Positions 9,263-19,179 are shown, counted from the first letter of the stretch. The stretch: 64,000 nt of DNA from an uncultured Oscillospiraceae bacterium (GCA_964598315.1 CAZRBI010000005.1:1052-65051), one strand, 5' to 3'. Made by a program: numbers and translations. Notes: generated by a model not told the origin, from the letters alone.

Positions 9263-10962
9263 AGTTGGAAAAAATTGACGGCGTGATTTTTGCTGCCATG
9301 GTCAAAGGCGGCTACAACAATTTGTGCAATCACGAAAAAGAAATCAACGATATGAATATTTTCCCCGTGCCGGACGGCGACACCGGGTATAACATGCGAA
9401 TGACGCTGGAAAACGGTATCAAAAGTGCCAAAAGTGACAAACATCTGGGCAACTATTTGAAAGGTTTAAGCCAGGGAATGTTGTTGGGTGCAAGGGGCAA
9501 TTCCGGCGTGATACTTTCGCAGTTATTCTACGGCATGTCAATCGAACTGGAACGTAAAGGGATAGTCAACGCAGGAGAACTTAGAGATGCTCTTGTTTGT
9601 GCCTACAAAACGGCCTATTCTGCCGTCGTTCACCCTGTGGAAGGCACAATTCTCACCGTTGCTCGCGAAGGCATCGAGAATATCCGTTCGCAAGTGCGGC
9701 GCGGAATAACGGTGGATATGGTGATGTCCATGTACCTTGCCGAAATGCGCAAGTCTGTCAAACACACCCCCGAAATTCTCAAAGTACTGAAAGAAGCGGG
9801 CGTGTTGGATAGCGGTGCAGTGGGCTATATCACAATTGTGGACGGCATGACAAGGGCCATGTATGGAGAAAACGTTGTTTTGACCGGAGGAAAACAGGTG
9901 TCGTTGCAGGCAGAGAGCAATCAACCTTCGTCGTTTGACAGCAACAGCACTTTTGAATTCGGTTATTGCACGGAATTTTTGTTGCAACTTCTCAACAACA
10001 AAAAGCCCGTTTCCGAATTCGACCAAGATGCTTTTAGCAACGAATTATCGTTGTTGGGCGATTCCTTGGTTGTTATTCGTTCCGGCGACGTTGTAAAAGT
10101 TCACGTTCACACGTTTCAACCGGAAAAAGTTGTTGCGCTTGCCCGTTGTTACGGCGAATTTTCGTCCTTCAAACTGGAAAACATGCAAGTTCAGCATTCC
10201 GAATTCAAAAACAGAAAAAACGAAAGTCAATCGGTGGCGGCAACCGTTGCCGATGATATGTATTCTGTGCACAAAGTTGTGGAAAAGGTGCACAAACCTC
10301 TTGCCGTCGTTGCTGTGGCAGACGGTGACGGAATAACAAAAATAATGCAAGATTGCGGCGCGGACATAGTGCTTTCCGGCGGTCAGACAATGAACACCGC
10401 TACAGAAGACTTTGTTTGGGCCTATGGCAGTTTGGATGCCGACAAGATTGTTGTGTTGCCGGACAATTCCAACGTCGAGCAAGCGGCCGTGCAAGCCGCC
10501 AAAGTGGCTCAAATGGCGAAAAAAATCGTCGTTATTCCCACAAAATCTATGTTGGAAGGCTACTATGCCCTTGCCATAGGTTCTTCGGATATCGAAGACA
10601 CCGACGAACGAATTGCTTGCATGCGTGACGGTGCGGAGAGTATTGTCACCGTGTCTGTTGCAAAAGCCGTGAAAGACTATTCACACAACGGATTTTCTTG
10701 TCAAAAGGGCGACTACTTGGGGTTTGTCGGCAAAAAGCTGATTGCCGCCGATGTCGAACTTAACGGCGCATTGGTAAAAGCATTGAAATCCATCGATAAT
10801 TTGGAAGAAAAGAGCAACTTTATCGTGTTGAAAGGTGCAAAGATAAGCGATGACGACGAAAAAGTTTTGGCAGAATTGCTGGAAAACGAGTTTCCCGATA
10901 TCGATGCGGAATTCTTGTGCGGCGGCCAAAAAGTTTATGATATAATTGTAGGTATTGTATGA
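9259..10962 (+). CDS. fakA: DAK2-domain fatty acid kinase catalytic subunit (FakA/YloV)
   Basis: NIFPVPDGDTGYNM, GARGNSGVILSQ, PVEGTILTV, DSGA, YCTEF, KVHVHT, GGQTMN. Confidence 0.92.
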   Translation: MKLEKIDGVIFAAMVKGGYNNLCNHEKEINDMNIFPVPDGDTGYNMRMTLENGIKSAKSDKHLGNYLKGLSQGMLLGARGNSGVILSQLFYGMSIELERKGIVNAGELRDALVCAYKTAYSAVVHPVEGTILTVAREGIENIRSQVRRGITVDMVMSMYLAEMRKSVKHTPEILKVLKEAGVLDSGAVGYITIVDGMTRAMYGENVVLTGGKQVSLQAESNQPSSFDSNSTFEFGYCTEFLLQLLNNKKPVSEFDQDAFSNELSLLGDSLVVIRSGDVVKVHVHTFQPEKVVALARCYGEFSSFKLENMQVQHSEFKNRKNESQSVAATVADDMYSVHKVVEKVHKPLAVVAVADGDGITKIMQDCGADIVLSGGQTMNTATEDFVWAYGSLDADKIVVLPDNSNVEQAAVQAAKVAQMAKKIVVIPTKSMLEGYYALAIGSSDIEDTDERIACMRDGAESIVTVSVAKAVKDYSHNGFSCQKGDYLGFVGKKLIAADVELNGALVKALKSIDNLEEKSNFIVLKGAKISDDDEKVLAELLENEFPDIDAEFLCGGQKVYDIIVGIV

Positions 10963-11906
10963 TAGCATTGTACATTTTGTTGGGTGTTTTGGGGGCCGCG
11001 TTGCTGTTCTACGTTTTCCCCAACGTTCTCATTGCCACCGTTGTTTACGAAAAATTGCTTGTTCGAACCAACAAAAAGAAATGGGACAGAAATTGCAGTT
11101 GGGACGACGAGGAGCAAATCAAAATGTTTGCTATCGGCGAAGAATGGGGTGAAAATCACCGGGAATATCACACTCAGGTATCCGTTCGCAGTGGCAGATT
11201 TAATCTCGTGGGCGAGTACTTTGATTTTGGTCACGACAAAGCAGTGATCATCGTTCCCGGAAGAATGGAAACGTGCGTGTACTCCTACTTTTTTGCCGCA
11301 CCGTACGAAAAACTCGGCTACAACGTGCTTGCGATAGATAATCGTGCTCACGGCCTGTCGGACGGAAAGTACAACACCTTGGGATTGAAAGAGTACAAAG
11401 ATTTGATTGTTTGGGCCGATTTTTTGCACAACGAAAAGGGTGTTAAAAAAATTTGGTTCCACGGTATTTGTATCGGTGCCGCCACGGCACTTAATGCGTT
11501 TGTCAGCCCCGATGCTCCCGACTACTTCGAGGGATTGACTGTGGACGGCATGTATTTGCATTTCGGAGATATGTTGGAACGTCGCGTTTCCGAACGTGGG
11601 CACTCTGCACATCCGTGTGTGGAAATCGTCATGCAAGAGATCAAATTGCATGCAGGAAAAAACCCGGCAAAACACGGACCGATACATTGCATAGACAAAA
11701 TGAACAAGCCGATGCTGTTAATGTACAGTCACGAAGATGTCTATTCCGACGTCGAATCGGTCAATTGTCTGTTTGAAAAGTGCGGTGCCGCTCAAAAGAA
11801 GTTGCAGTGGTTCGACAAAGGCATTCATTCGCACATACGCATAAACTGTGAACAACAGTACGACGAAACGATATGCGATTTTGTCAAAGAAGTGACAAAT
11901 GAATAA
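10959..11906 (+). CDS. Membrane-anchored alpha/beta hydrolase with a Cys nucleophile
   Basis: N-terminal TM; DNRAHGLSDG; nucleophile elbow HGICIGA; candidate Asp (SHEDVYS) and His (GIHSH). Confidence 0.8.
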   Translation: MIALYILLGVLGAALLFYVFPNVLIATVVYEKLLVRTNKKKWDRNCSWDDEEQIKMFAIGEEWGENHREYHTQVSVRSGRFNLVGEYFDFGHDKAVIIVPGRMETCVYSYFFAAPYEKLGYNVLAIDNRAHGLSDGKYNTLGLKEYKDLIVWADFLHNEKGVKKIWFHGICIGAATALNAFVSPDAPDYFEGLTVDGMYLHFGDMLERRVSERGHSAHPCVEIVMQEIKLHAGKNPAKHGPIHCIDKMNKPMLLMYSHEDVYSDVESVNCLFEKCGAAQKKLQWFDKGIHSHIRINCEQQYDETICDFVKEVTNE

Positions 11907-12753
11907 ATTTGCATTTTTCGCAATGGACGTAGAGTCTTTTTTCGACACAAGTTGCGTAAAAGAGAAATGTATACCTTTTGACGTTCGCTACGATGCCGAG
12001 GAAGGACTGAACAACTATTTGGCCTTGTTGGAAGAATATGGGATAGTTGCCACTTTGTTTTTGACCGTCGATACGGCCGAACGTTGGCAAAACACCCTTA
12101 AAACGGCTGTAAAATGCGGACACAAATTGGCCGTTCATGCACTTAATCACGAAGACGTCACCGTTTTTCCCGACGAAAAATTCTTGTTTGAAGTGACGGA
12201 AGCAAAAAAACGTATCGAAGACATATTCGGCTGTGAAATTATCGGCTATCGTGCGCCCTGTTTCGGTATAAGCGATCAAAAAGCGGAATTGTTGAAAGTT
12301 GCGGGGTACAAGTACGATTCCAGTGCACTAAATTTCAAAAGCGCTGCGCGTTCAGGCAACTTGTCGTTGGAAGACTACAAAAAAATCAACGACGTAGTCT
12401 ACGAAAAAGACGGTTTTTTTGAGTTTAAGCCATGTGTTGCCGGCTCTGTTTTTGGCAAAATCCCCGTCAGCGGAGGCGGATATTTGCGGTTGGCTCCGCA
12501 GTTTGTCACAAGACGCGCACTTGTCGGCCACGTAAGAAAGGCAGACGCCTATATGTTCTACGTGCATCCTTTCGAATTGTGCGAAGGCCGTTTGCCCGAA
12601 TATAAGCAACTTTCTTTGTCGGAAAGAATGTTTATCTGCCGCGGCAGAAAATATTATGTTCGAACAATACGCAATCTAATAGAAATGCTGTTGCAAAACA
12701 ACTACGATTTTGTCACGATGGATGATTATTTAAGGAGACTTGTCGATGAGTGA
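11899..12753 (+). CDS. Polysaccharide deacetylase family (NodB/CE4, DUF3473-like)
   Basis: MDVESFF, ATLF, HALNHE, GYRAPCF, YDSS, SGGGYLR, FYVHPFE motifs. Confidence 0.85.
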   Translation: MNKFAFFAMDVESFFDTSCVKEKCIPFDVRYDAEEGLNNYLALLEEYGIVATLFLTVDTAERWQNTLKTAVKCGHKLAVHALNHEDVTVFPDEKFLFEVTEAKKRIEDIFGCEIIGYRAPCFGISDQKAELLKVAGYKYDSSALNFKSAARSGNLSLEDYKKINDVVYEKDGFFEFKPCVAGSVFGKIPVSGGGYLRLAPQFVTRRALVGHVRKADAYMFYVHPFELCEGRLPEYKQLSLSERMFICRGRKYYVRTIRNLIEMLLQNNYDFVTMDDYLRRLVDE

Positions 12754-13855
12754 TAAAAAATCTGAAGAAGGGTTTGCTAAAATTTCAAAAGTGTTGGATA
12801 GGGCCAAGAAAAAACACAGTATTGCACAGATAATCGTTGCCGCCACCGGCTTGAGCATTGCAAGTGTGTTGGGAATGATGTCCCTCTACGATTCGTTTTT
12901 CCCTCGGTACGAAAGGCCGGACTACGAAGTTGTTCCCGGGGTAAGGTGCTACGCATATATGTCGGATGCTCCGCAAAGGGAAGAATTTTTATTCCAAGCG
13001 GGCGACGTTTTGTTGAAAGGCTACTTTTATCCGTCGCAAAATTCCAAAGGAACGGTGGTGTTGGTTCACGGATTTCACGCCGGAGCAGACGACTATTTGC
13101 CTGTCGTGCGATATCTGGTACAAAACAATTTTTCCGTGTTTGCCTACGATGGACGAGGAACTTACGATTCGTCGGGAGATTCTACCGTCGGTTTTTGTCA
13201 ATCACTGGTCGATTTGGACAACACGTTGACGTATATCGAAAAAACAAACAAGTTCTGTTCGTCAAAGTTGTTTTTGTTTGGCCATTCTTGTGGCGGTTAT
13301 GCCGTCACTTCGGTGCTTGAATTGCACAAAAACATCAGCGCATGCGCGGCTATTGCTCCCGTCAACAATTGCTATACGTTGATTGTCGACAAAGGCAAAC
13401 AATATGTAGGTCAGTTGGCATCGTCAGGGCTGTCATCGACGTTTTTGAACGCGTATCAGTCGGCGCTTTTTGGCAAGTATACCAAATGTAACGGCGTTCG
13501 CGGCATCAATTCCGTCGATATTCCCGTGCTTATCGCGCACGGCGTCGACGACAAGGTTATTTCTTTCAAGGAACAGTCGGTCATTGCCTATCGAGATTTT
13601 ATCACAAACCCCAACGTCGAATACTACGTCGGAACGGGATTGTCCGGCGGACACGACACGATTTGGCATTCGGCAAGAGCCGTTGAATATCAAAAAAAAG
13701 TTGCAGACGATTTGGCCGAATTGAAGAACAACGGCGAATTGTCTCACGAACAGCTGGTGCAATTCTATTCCGGTGTGGACAACGAATTGTACAGCGAACT
13801 AAACTACGATCTTATGGCAGAGGTGCTAAAAATCTACAACTCTGCCCTAAAATAA
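12746..13855 (+). CDS. Membrane-anchored alpha/beta hydrolase
   Basis: Hydrophobic N-terminal segment; VHGF, YDGRGT, GHSCGG elbow, HGVDDKVI, GGH; ATG at 12746 after AGGAG. Confidence 0.85.
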   Translation: MSDKKSEEGFAKISKVLDRAKKKHSIAQIIVAATGLSIASVLGMMSLYDSFFPRYERPDYEVVPGVRCYAYMSDAPQREEFLFQAGDVLLKGYFYPSQNSKGTVVLVHGFHAGADDYLPVVRYLVQNNFSVFAYDGRGTYDSSGDSTVGFCQSLVDLDNTLTYIEKTNKFCSSKLFLFGHSCGGYAVTSVLELHKNISACAAIAPVNNCYTLIVDKGKQYVGQLASSGLSSTFLNAYQSALFGKYTKCNGVRGINSVDIPVLIAHGVDDKVISFKEQSVIAYRDFITNPNVEYYVGTGLSGGHDTIWHSARAVEYQKKVADDLAELKNNGELSHEQLVQFYSGVDNELYSELNYDLMAEVLKIYNSALK

Positions 13856-13868
13856 AAGGAGGAAAATT

Positions 13869-14315
13869 ATGTATTGCACAAAATGCGGAAAGCAATTGGA
13901 TCACGACGGAACTTTGTGTGACGATTGCCGTAACGAAGAACTCATCTACGGTAGCTCCGAAGTCGATTCTTATGTTGAAGAGGTGTCTGCTCAAAACGGA
14001 AGCAGAATGTTCGGTTTCGGCCCGGCCTTGACGTCGACGATTTTGGGTTTCATCGGCATGATATTGTCAATGGTGGCACTGGCTATGACCGAAGAGTATG
14101 ACGCGATTGTCAGCATTGTCGTCATGTTTTTTATCATTCCACCGTTTATTATCGGCTTGGTTTTCGGAATTAAATCAGTGAAGAAATTTGTTGCCGCTTG
14201 CAAAGAAGACCACGTAAAGCCGATCCCGGCGTTTGTTTTGGGCCTTGTGGGTTTGGCAGAAGTCACGGCGATTGTGGGCTATGTTGCACTTGCGGTTATG
14301 GCGATGTTAGCATAA
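13869..14315 (+). CDS. Zinc-ribbon-containing membrane protein of unknown function
   Basis: MYCTKCG...CDDC at the N-terminus followed by about 3 TM helices; strong AGGAGG RBS. Confidence 0.75.
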   Translation: MYCTKCGKQLDHDGTLCDDCRNEELIYGSSEVDSYVEEVSAQNGSRMFGFGPALTSTILGFIGMILSMVALAMTEEYDAIVSIVVMFFIIPPFIIGLVFGIKSVKKFVAACKEDHVKPIPAFVLGLVGLAEVTAIVGYVALAVMAMLA

Positions 14316-14401
14316 GTTCAGGCTACATATTGTTCATTAGTGACACGGATGTGTTGATTTGAAAAACTAACAGCAACAAAAATAACGTTATTTAACGCAT
14401 C

Positions 14402-14432
14402 AAAAAGCCAAGAGGTTGTCTCTTGGCTTTTT
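14402..14432 (+). terminator. Intrinsic terminator (bidirectional-looking) ending the lipid operon
   Basis: AAAAAGCCAAGAG-gttgt-CTCTTGGCTTTTT. Confidence 0.85.
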
Positions 14433-14467
14433 GTTTGCACCCGCGAACGGAAAATAATCGTAAGTTC

Positions 14468-14496
14468 TTGACGGAGCAGACAAAAACTTGTAAAAT
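14468..14496 (+). promoter_or_regulatory. SigA promoter of the aro operon
   Basis: TTGACG-N17-TAAAAT. Confidence 0.7.
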
Positions 14497-14578
14497 TAAA
14501 CACAACATCTAGTATGTGTTTGAAAGAAGCGCAGACGGATTGTTTTGTATAAGCGCAGTCTTTCGTGTGGAGGAAAAA

Positions 14579-15598
14579 ATGATTATCGTCGTCAAAAAAC
14601 TCGGTGATGAAAAACGTTTGAACGAGTTGACGGAGTGGATACGCAACCATGGTGCCGATGCAAATGTGTTGCATGGCGAACACTCGGCCGTAGTGGAGGT
14701 GTTCGGCAACGAATCGTGTTTGGACGTAGACTATTTGCATTCGTTGGATTTTGTCGAAAACGTTGTGGGCGAAAGCCGTCCCTACAAAAAGGTCGGACGC
14801 AAATACCACTCAGAAAACACAGTCGTCAACGTCGGTGGGTGCTTGTTTGGCGGCGAAAATTTTCAAATAATTGCAGGACCGTGTGCGGTGGAGAGTGAAA
14901 AACAAATAATTGACACTGCTTTCGCCGTTAAAAGTTGCGGTGCGACGTTGTTGCGCGGCGGTGCATATAAGCCTCGCACGTCTCCGTATTCTTTCCAAGG
15001 GCTACACGAAGAGGGGTTGAAACTGTTGTTGAAGGCGAAGCGGGAAACCGGCTTGCCGGTAGTTTCCGAAATCACCGGAGTGAAACAGTTGGATTTGTTT
15101 GCCGATGTTGATTTGTTGCAAATAGGCGCACGCAACATGCAGAATTTCGAATTGTTGAAGGAAGTAGGGCAAACGGGAAAGCCCGTGTTGTTGAAAAGAG
15201 GCTTTGCAAACACTATCGAAGAGTGGTTGTTGAGTGCGGAATATTTGATGAACGAGGGTTTGCAACAGGTTATTTTGTGTGAACGCGGCATTCGCACGTT
15301 CGAACGTTACACTCGCAACACTTTGGACGTTTCGGCAATTGCATTGCTCAAACACATGACGCATTTGCCGGTTATCGCCGACCCCAGCCATGCTTGCGGC
15401 AATGCTGCCTTGGTGAAACCGTTGTCTTTGGCCGCAACTGCTGCCGGCGCCGACGGTTTGATTGTGGAAGTTCACTGCAATCCGCAAAGTGCTTTTTCCG
15501 ACGGTGCACAGTCACTGCGACCGGAACAACTTGCGGAAGTTGTGGATGACGTTGCACGCATTTTGCCTTTGAACGGCAAACAATTCGGCAAACGCTAA
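14579..15598 (+). CDS. aroF: 3-deoxy-7-phosphoheptulonate (DAHP) synthase, type I-beta with an N-terminal regulatory domain
   Basis: IAGPCAVES, RGGAYKPRTSPYSFQG, QIGARNMQNF, LCERGIRTF, DPSHACG; ATG at 14579 after GGAGG. Confidence 0.95.
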   Translation: MIIVVKKLGDEKRLNELTEWIRNHGADANVLHGEHSAVVEVFGNESCLDVDYLHSLDFVENVVGESRPYKKVGRKYHSENTVVNVGGCLFGGENFQIIAGPCAVESEKQIIDTAFAVKSCGATLLRGGAYKPRTSPYSFQGLHEEGLKLLLKAKRETGLPVVSEITGVKQLDLFADVDLLQIGARNMQNFELLKEVGQTGKPVLLKRGFANTIEEWLLSAEYLMNEGLQQVILCERGIRTFERYTRNTLDVSAIALLKHMTHLPVIADPSHACGNAALVKPLSLAATAAGADGLIVEVHCNPQSAFSDGAQSLRPEQLAEVVDDVARILPLNGKQFGKR

Positions 15599-15623
15599 AA
15601 ATACTATTCTATTGGAGCATACG

Positions 15624-16616
15624 ATGATTTCTTGGACGGTTAAAACGAAAAAGAACTACCGCGTGACGTTGGACGAAACATGGGATTTTTCTTGTATCGA
15701 CAATCCAAAGGTGTGTGTGGTGACAGATGATGTCGTTGCACCGCTTTATTTATCGACCGTCACAAAAAACATCGAGGCACAAGTCTTTTCCTTTGTTGTT
15801 CCGCACGGAGAAAAGAGCAAAAGTTTGGAACAATATCATGCCATTGCCAAGTTCTTGTACGACAACGAATTCACGCGCAAAGACGCGTTGGTTGCGCTTG
15901 GCGGCGGTGTCGTGGGGGATCTTGTGGGATTTGTTGCCTCCACCTATCAGCGCGGCATAGATTTCTACCAGTTGCCCACGTCGTTGTTGGCAATGGTTGA
16001 TGCGTCCGTGGGCGGCAAAACGGCATTGAATTTGGCATCGAGCAAAAACGTTTTGGGTGCTTTTTATCAACCGAAGGCCGTTTTGGTGAACACCCAAACA
16101 CTTGCCACGTTACCCGCAAAAGAGTTTTCAAACGGCTACGGCGAAGTGATCAAATGTGCCTTTCTGTCGTCAAAAGTTGCAAACGTAGTGAAAAAAGGCA
16201 ACACGTCGGACGTTATCGAGGCTTGTTTAAGACTAAAAACCGATATTGTCGAAACGGACGAATGCGAAAGCGGACAACGCACGTTGCTCAATTTTGGCCA
16301 CACTGTCGGCCATGCCGTAGAGGCGTTGTCGGGATATTCGCTGCCACACGGAGAATGCGTTGCCAAAGGTTTGGCGCAAGCGTTGAAAATATCCCAAAAG
16401 TTTTATTCATTATCCGACGAAGTTGTGCAACGTTGCAATGCTTTGTTGGACAACCGTTTTGACTACACATTGCCGTTTTCTTCAAAAGAGATATTGTCGC
16501 AAATAATGCACGACAAAAAATCTTTCGGAGAGGGCATCAATTTTGTTATGATACACGACGTGGGCGATTGTCGCATAGAAAAAATCACCTACGCGGATTT
16601 GGAAAAATTGCTATGA
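15624..16616 (+). CDS. aroB: 3-dehydroquinate synthase
   Basis: GEKSKS, ALGGGVVGDL, PTSLLAMVDASVGGKT, LNFGHTVGHA, HGECVA. Confidence 0.95.
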   Translation: MISWTVKTKKNYRVTLDETWDFSCIDNPKVCVVTDDVVAPLYLSTVTKNIEAQVFSFVVPHGEKSKSLEQYHAIAKFLYDNEFTRKDALVALGGGVVGDLVGFVASTYQRGIDFYQLPTSLLAMVDASVGGKTALNLASSKNVLGAFYQPKAVLVNTQTLATLPAKEFSNGYGEVIKCAFLSSKVANVVKKGNTSDVIEACLRLKTDIVETDECESGQRTLLNFGHTVGHAVEALSGYSLPHGECVAKGLAQALKISQKFYSLSDEVVQRCNALLDNRFDYTLPFSSKEILSQIMHDKKSFGEGINFVMIHDVGDCRIEKITYADLEKLL

Positions 16617-17860
16617 ATGCACAAATAGTTCCATGCAACCTAAACGGAAAAGTCTCGGCTGTCGGGTCCAAGTCGTTTGCACACAGGGCCCTTATCGCTG
16701 CGGCTTTTTTTCAAAAACAGCCGACGCTTGTTCGCGGCGTGACGCCGTCTGCCGATGTTTCCGCAACGGTGAATTGTTTGCGCGCTTTGGGCGTGTCGGT
16801 AGAGGGAAGCCGTGACGTTTTGGTGACTCCGCCAAGGAAACTTTCACAAAATGCAATTCTCAATTGCAACGAAAGCGGCTCGACCTACCGTTTTTTGCTT
16901 CCGATTGTCGTTGCTTTGGGAATTTCCGCGGAGTTCTGCGGTTCAGAAAGATTGTTTCAACGTCCCGTGTTGCCGCTTTTGGATGCTTTGCGCGATTGCG
17001 GCGTTAACGACGGCAAAAAGGTTTGCGGCAAGATGCAATGCGGTGATTTTTTCGTAGACGGAAGCAAAAGTTCTCAATTTGTCAGCGGAATGTTGTTTGC
17101 ATTGGCAACTTTGCCGGGAAAAAGTCGTTTGTTTGTTGAGGGAAAAAGCGTTTCTTCGGGATATATCGCGGCAACGGTTTCGGTGTTGAAAGATTTTGGC
17201 GTCGACGTTTGCAAAACGAAATTTGGCTTTGCGGTGCAAGGCGGAAGCAACGCCGAACGTGAAATTTTCAACGTGGAGGGAGATTGGTCCAACGCTTCCT
17301 ACTTTTTGGCGGCGGGTGCATTGGGCGGTGACGTTATCGTCGGAGGATTGAATGAAAATTCCGTTCAAGCAGACAAAGTTCTGTCGGACGTTTTGAACGA
17401 TTGCGGCGCCGTTGTGACAAAAAATAGCGATAGTGTTCGTGTGGCAAGAGGCAGATTGAATTCATTTGAAATCAATGCCGATCAATGTCCCGATTTGGTG
17501 CCTACGTTTGCTGTTTTTGCTGCATTTTGCAACGGAACGTCTAAAATTCACGGTGTTGAACGTTTGCGCGGAAAGGAATCCGACCGCGTCGAAAGCATTC
17601 TGAAAACGTTGAGGGCGGCAAAAATTCGAGCCGATTTTGCAGACGACACTATTTACGTGTACGGAGGCGCTCCGCAGGGCGGTGTGTTTTTTGCCGATAA
17701 CGATCATCGCATGGCAATGAGTCAAACTTTGTTGGCTTTGCATGCAAACGGAAAATCAAAAATAATCGGATGTGAATGTGTCGAAAAATCCTATCCCGAT
17801 TTTTTCGACGACGTAAAAAAACTTGGAGGCGACGATTGTGTTTTGCTGGAAAGGGTATAA
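16613..17860 (+). CDS. aroA: EPSP synthase
   Basis: SKSFAHR, NESGST, SSQFVSG, EGDWSNA, KESDR, DHRMAM, KSYPDFF. Confidence 0.93.
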   Translation: MNAQIVPCNLNGKVSAVGSKSFAHRALIAAAFFQKQPTLVRGVTPSADVSATVNCLRALGVSVEGSRDVLVTPPRKLSQNAILNCNESGSTYRFLLPIVVALGISAEFCGSERLFQRPVLPLLDALRDCGVNDGKKVCGKMQCGDFFVDGSKSSQFVSGMLFALATLPGKSRLFVEGKSVSSGYIAATVSVLKDFGVDVCKTKFGFAVQGGSNAEREIFNVEGDWSNASYFLAAGALGGDVIVGGLNENSVQADKVLSDVLNDCGAVVTKNSDSVRVARGRLNSFEINADQCPDLVPTFAVFAAFCNGTSKIHGVERLRGKESDRVESILKTLRAAKIRADFADDTIYVYGGAPQGGVFFADNDHRMAMSQTLLALHANGKSKIIGCECVEKSYPDFFDDVKKLGGDDCVLLERV

Positions 17861-18899
17861 ATTGGAAGTGAATATTTTCGGCAGTTCTCACGCGGAGGAA
17901 ATAGGCGTTGAAATGCACGGTTTTCCGTCGGAAAGTTTTTCGTCGGAAGAATTGCAACAGCTGTTGGATTTGCGTCGCGGCGGCAAAAGTTACGCAACAC
18001 TCCGCAAAGAAAGCGATGTGCCTTCTTTCGTGGGTGCAGACGGCGGTGTGTTGCAACCGTTTGTCAGGGCCGTTTTGAAAAACTCCGACGTTTGCACGGA
18101 AGACTATTCCGAATTGTTCGGAAAACCTCGTCCGTCGCATGCCGATTATGCCGTCTATTGCAAGGACGGCCGTTTGGATTTTTCCGGAGGCGGAGAGTTT
18201 TCCGGCAGAATGACTGCGCCGTTGTGCATTGCAGGCGGTATTGCAAAACAATTGCTGGAAAAGCGCGGAATCGATGTTTTCGCCTACGTATCGTCGGTAG
18301 GGAAGGCACAAGGCTTTTCCTACAAGAAATCAAACGTATTGCCCTGTCAACGGGAAAAAGATTTTCCGTCGGTGGCGGGTTCCGAGCAAATGTTGCGTGA
18401 GATTTTCAATGCCAAACAAAACGGCGATTCTGTCGGAGGCATTGTCGAGTGTGTTGTTTCCGGAGTCACACCCGGTGTGGGCGGAGCGTTGTTCGAAGGG
18501 TTGGAAGGCAAGTTGTCAACGTTGCTGTTTGCCATTCCGGCAGTAAAGGGCGTGGAATTCGGCGATGGTTTCGATTTAGCACAAAGTTGCGGAAGTCAAT
18601 CTAACGACGAATTGAGAATACAAAACGACAAAGTGACGTTTTTGTCCAACAAGTCCGGCGGCATCAACGGCGGAATATCCAACGGAATGCCTATCACGAT
18701 GGCTGTGGCTTTTCGCCCCACGCCGTCAATTGCAAAAAAGCAAAACACGGTAGATTTGGTTTCTCGCCAAAACACGGAAATTGAAATTTCCGGACGACAC
18801 GATCCTTGTGTCGTTCCTCGCGCGGTGCCCGTTGTGGAAGCTGCGGTGTCGTTGGTTGTTTTGGATGAAATTTTGTTTGCGGAGCAGAAACATGATTGA
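17838..18899 (+). CDS. aroC: Chorismate synthase
   Basis: FGSSH, PRPSHAD, GGGEFSGR, GDSVGG, IPAVKGVEFG, GGINGGISNG, GRHDPCVVPRA; probable GTG start after GGAGG. Confidence 0.95.
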   Translation: MFCWKGYKLEVNIFGSSHAEEIGVEMHGFPSESFSSEELQQLLDLRRGGKSYATLRKESDVPSFVGADGGVLQPFVRAVLKNSDVCTEDYSELFGKPRPSHADYAVYCKDGRLDFSGGGEFSGRMTAPLCIAGGIAKQLLEKRGIDVFAYVSSVGKAQGFSYKKSNVLPCQREKDFPSVAGSEQMLREIFNAKQNGDSVGGIVECVVSGVTPGVGGALFEGLEGKLSTLLFAIPAVKGVEFGDGFDLAQSCGSQSNDELRIQNDKVTFLSNKSGGINGGISNGMPITMAVAFRPTPSIAKKQNTVDLVSRQNTEIEISGRHDPCVVPRAVPVVEAAVSLVVLDEILFAEQKHD

Positions 18900-19179
18900 A
18901 GAAATAAGAAAAAATATAGATTCGTTGGACGACGAACTTGTTGCATTGTTTTGTCGGCGATTGGATTTGTGCAAGACTATTGGCAAAGAAAAAACAGAAA
19001 AATGCTTGTCCGTTGCGGATTTTGAACGAGAAAACGCCATTTTGTGTCGTTTGACGGCAAATCTAGACGACGAAAAGGCACAAGCGGTGCAACGGTTATA
19101 TTCCGAAATTTTCAAAATCTCCAAACAATTGCAGCAACGTTCTGACTGTGATAAGTCTGTCTGTTCGGGTGAAGCATAA
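18892..19179 (+). CDS. Chorismate mutase, type II (AroQ class)
   Basis: IRKNIDSLDDELVALFCRR...IGKEK...DFERE motif. Confidence 0.85.
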   Translation: MIEEIRKNIDSLDDELVALFCRRLDLCKTIGKEKTEKCLSVADFERENAILCRLTANLDDEKAQAVQRLYSEIFKISKQLQQRSDCDKSVCSGEA

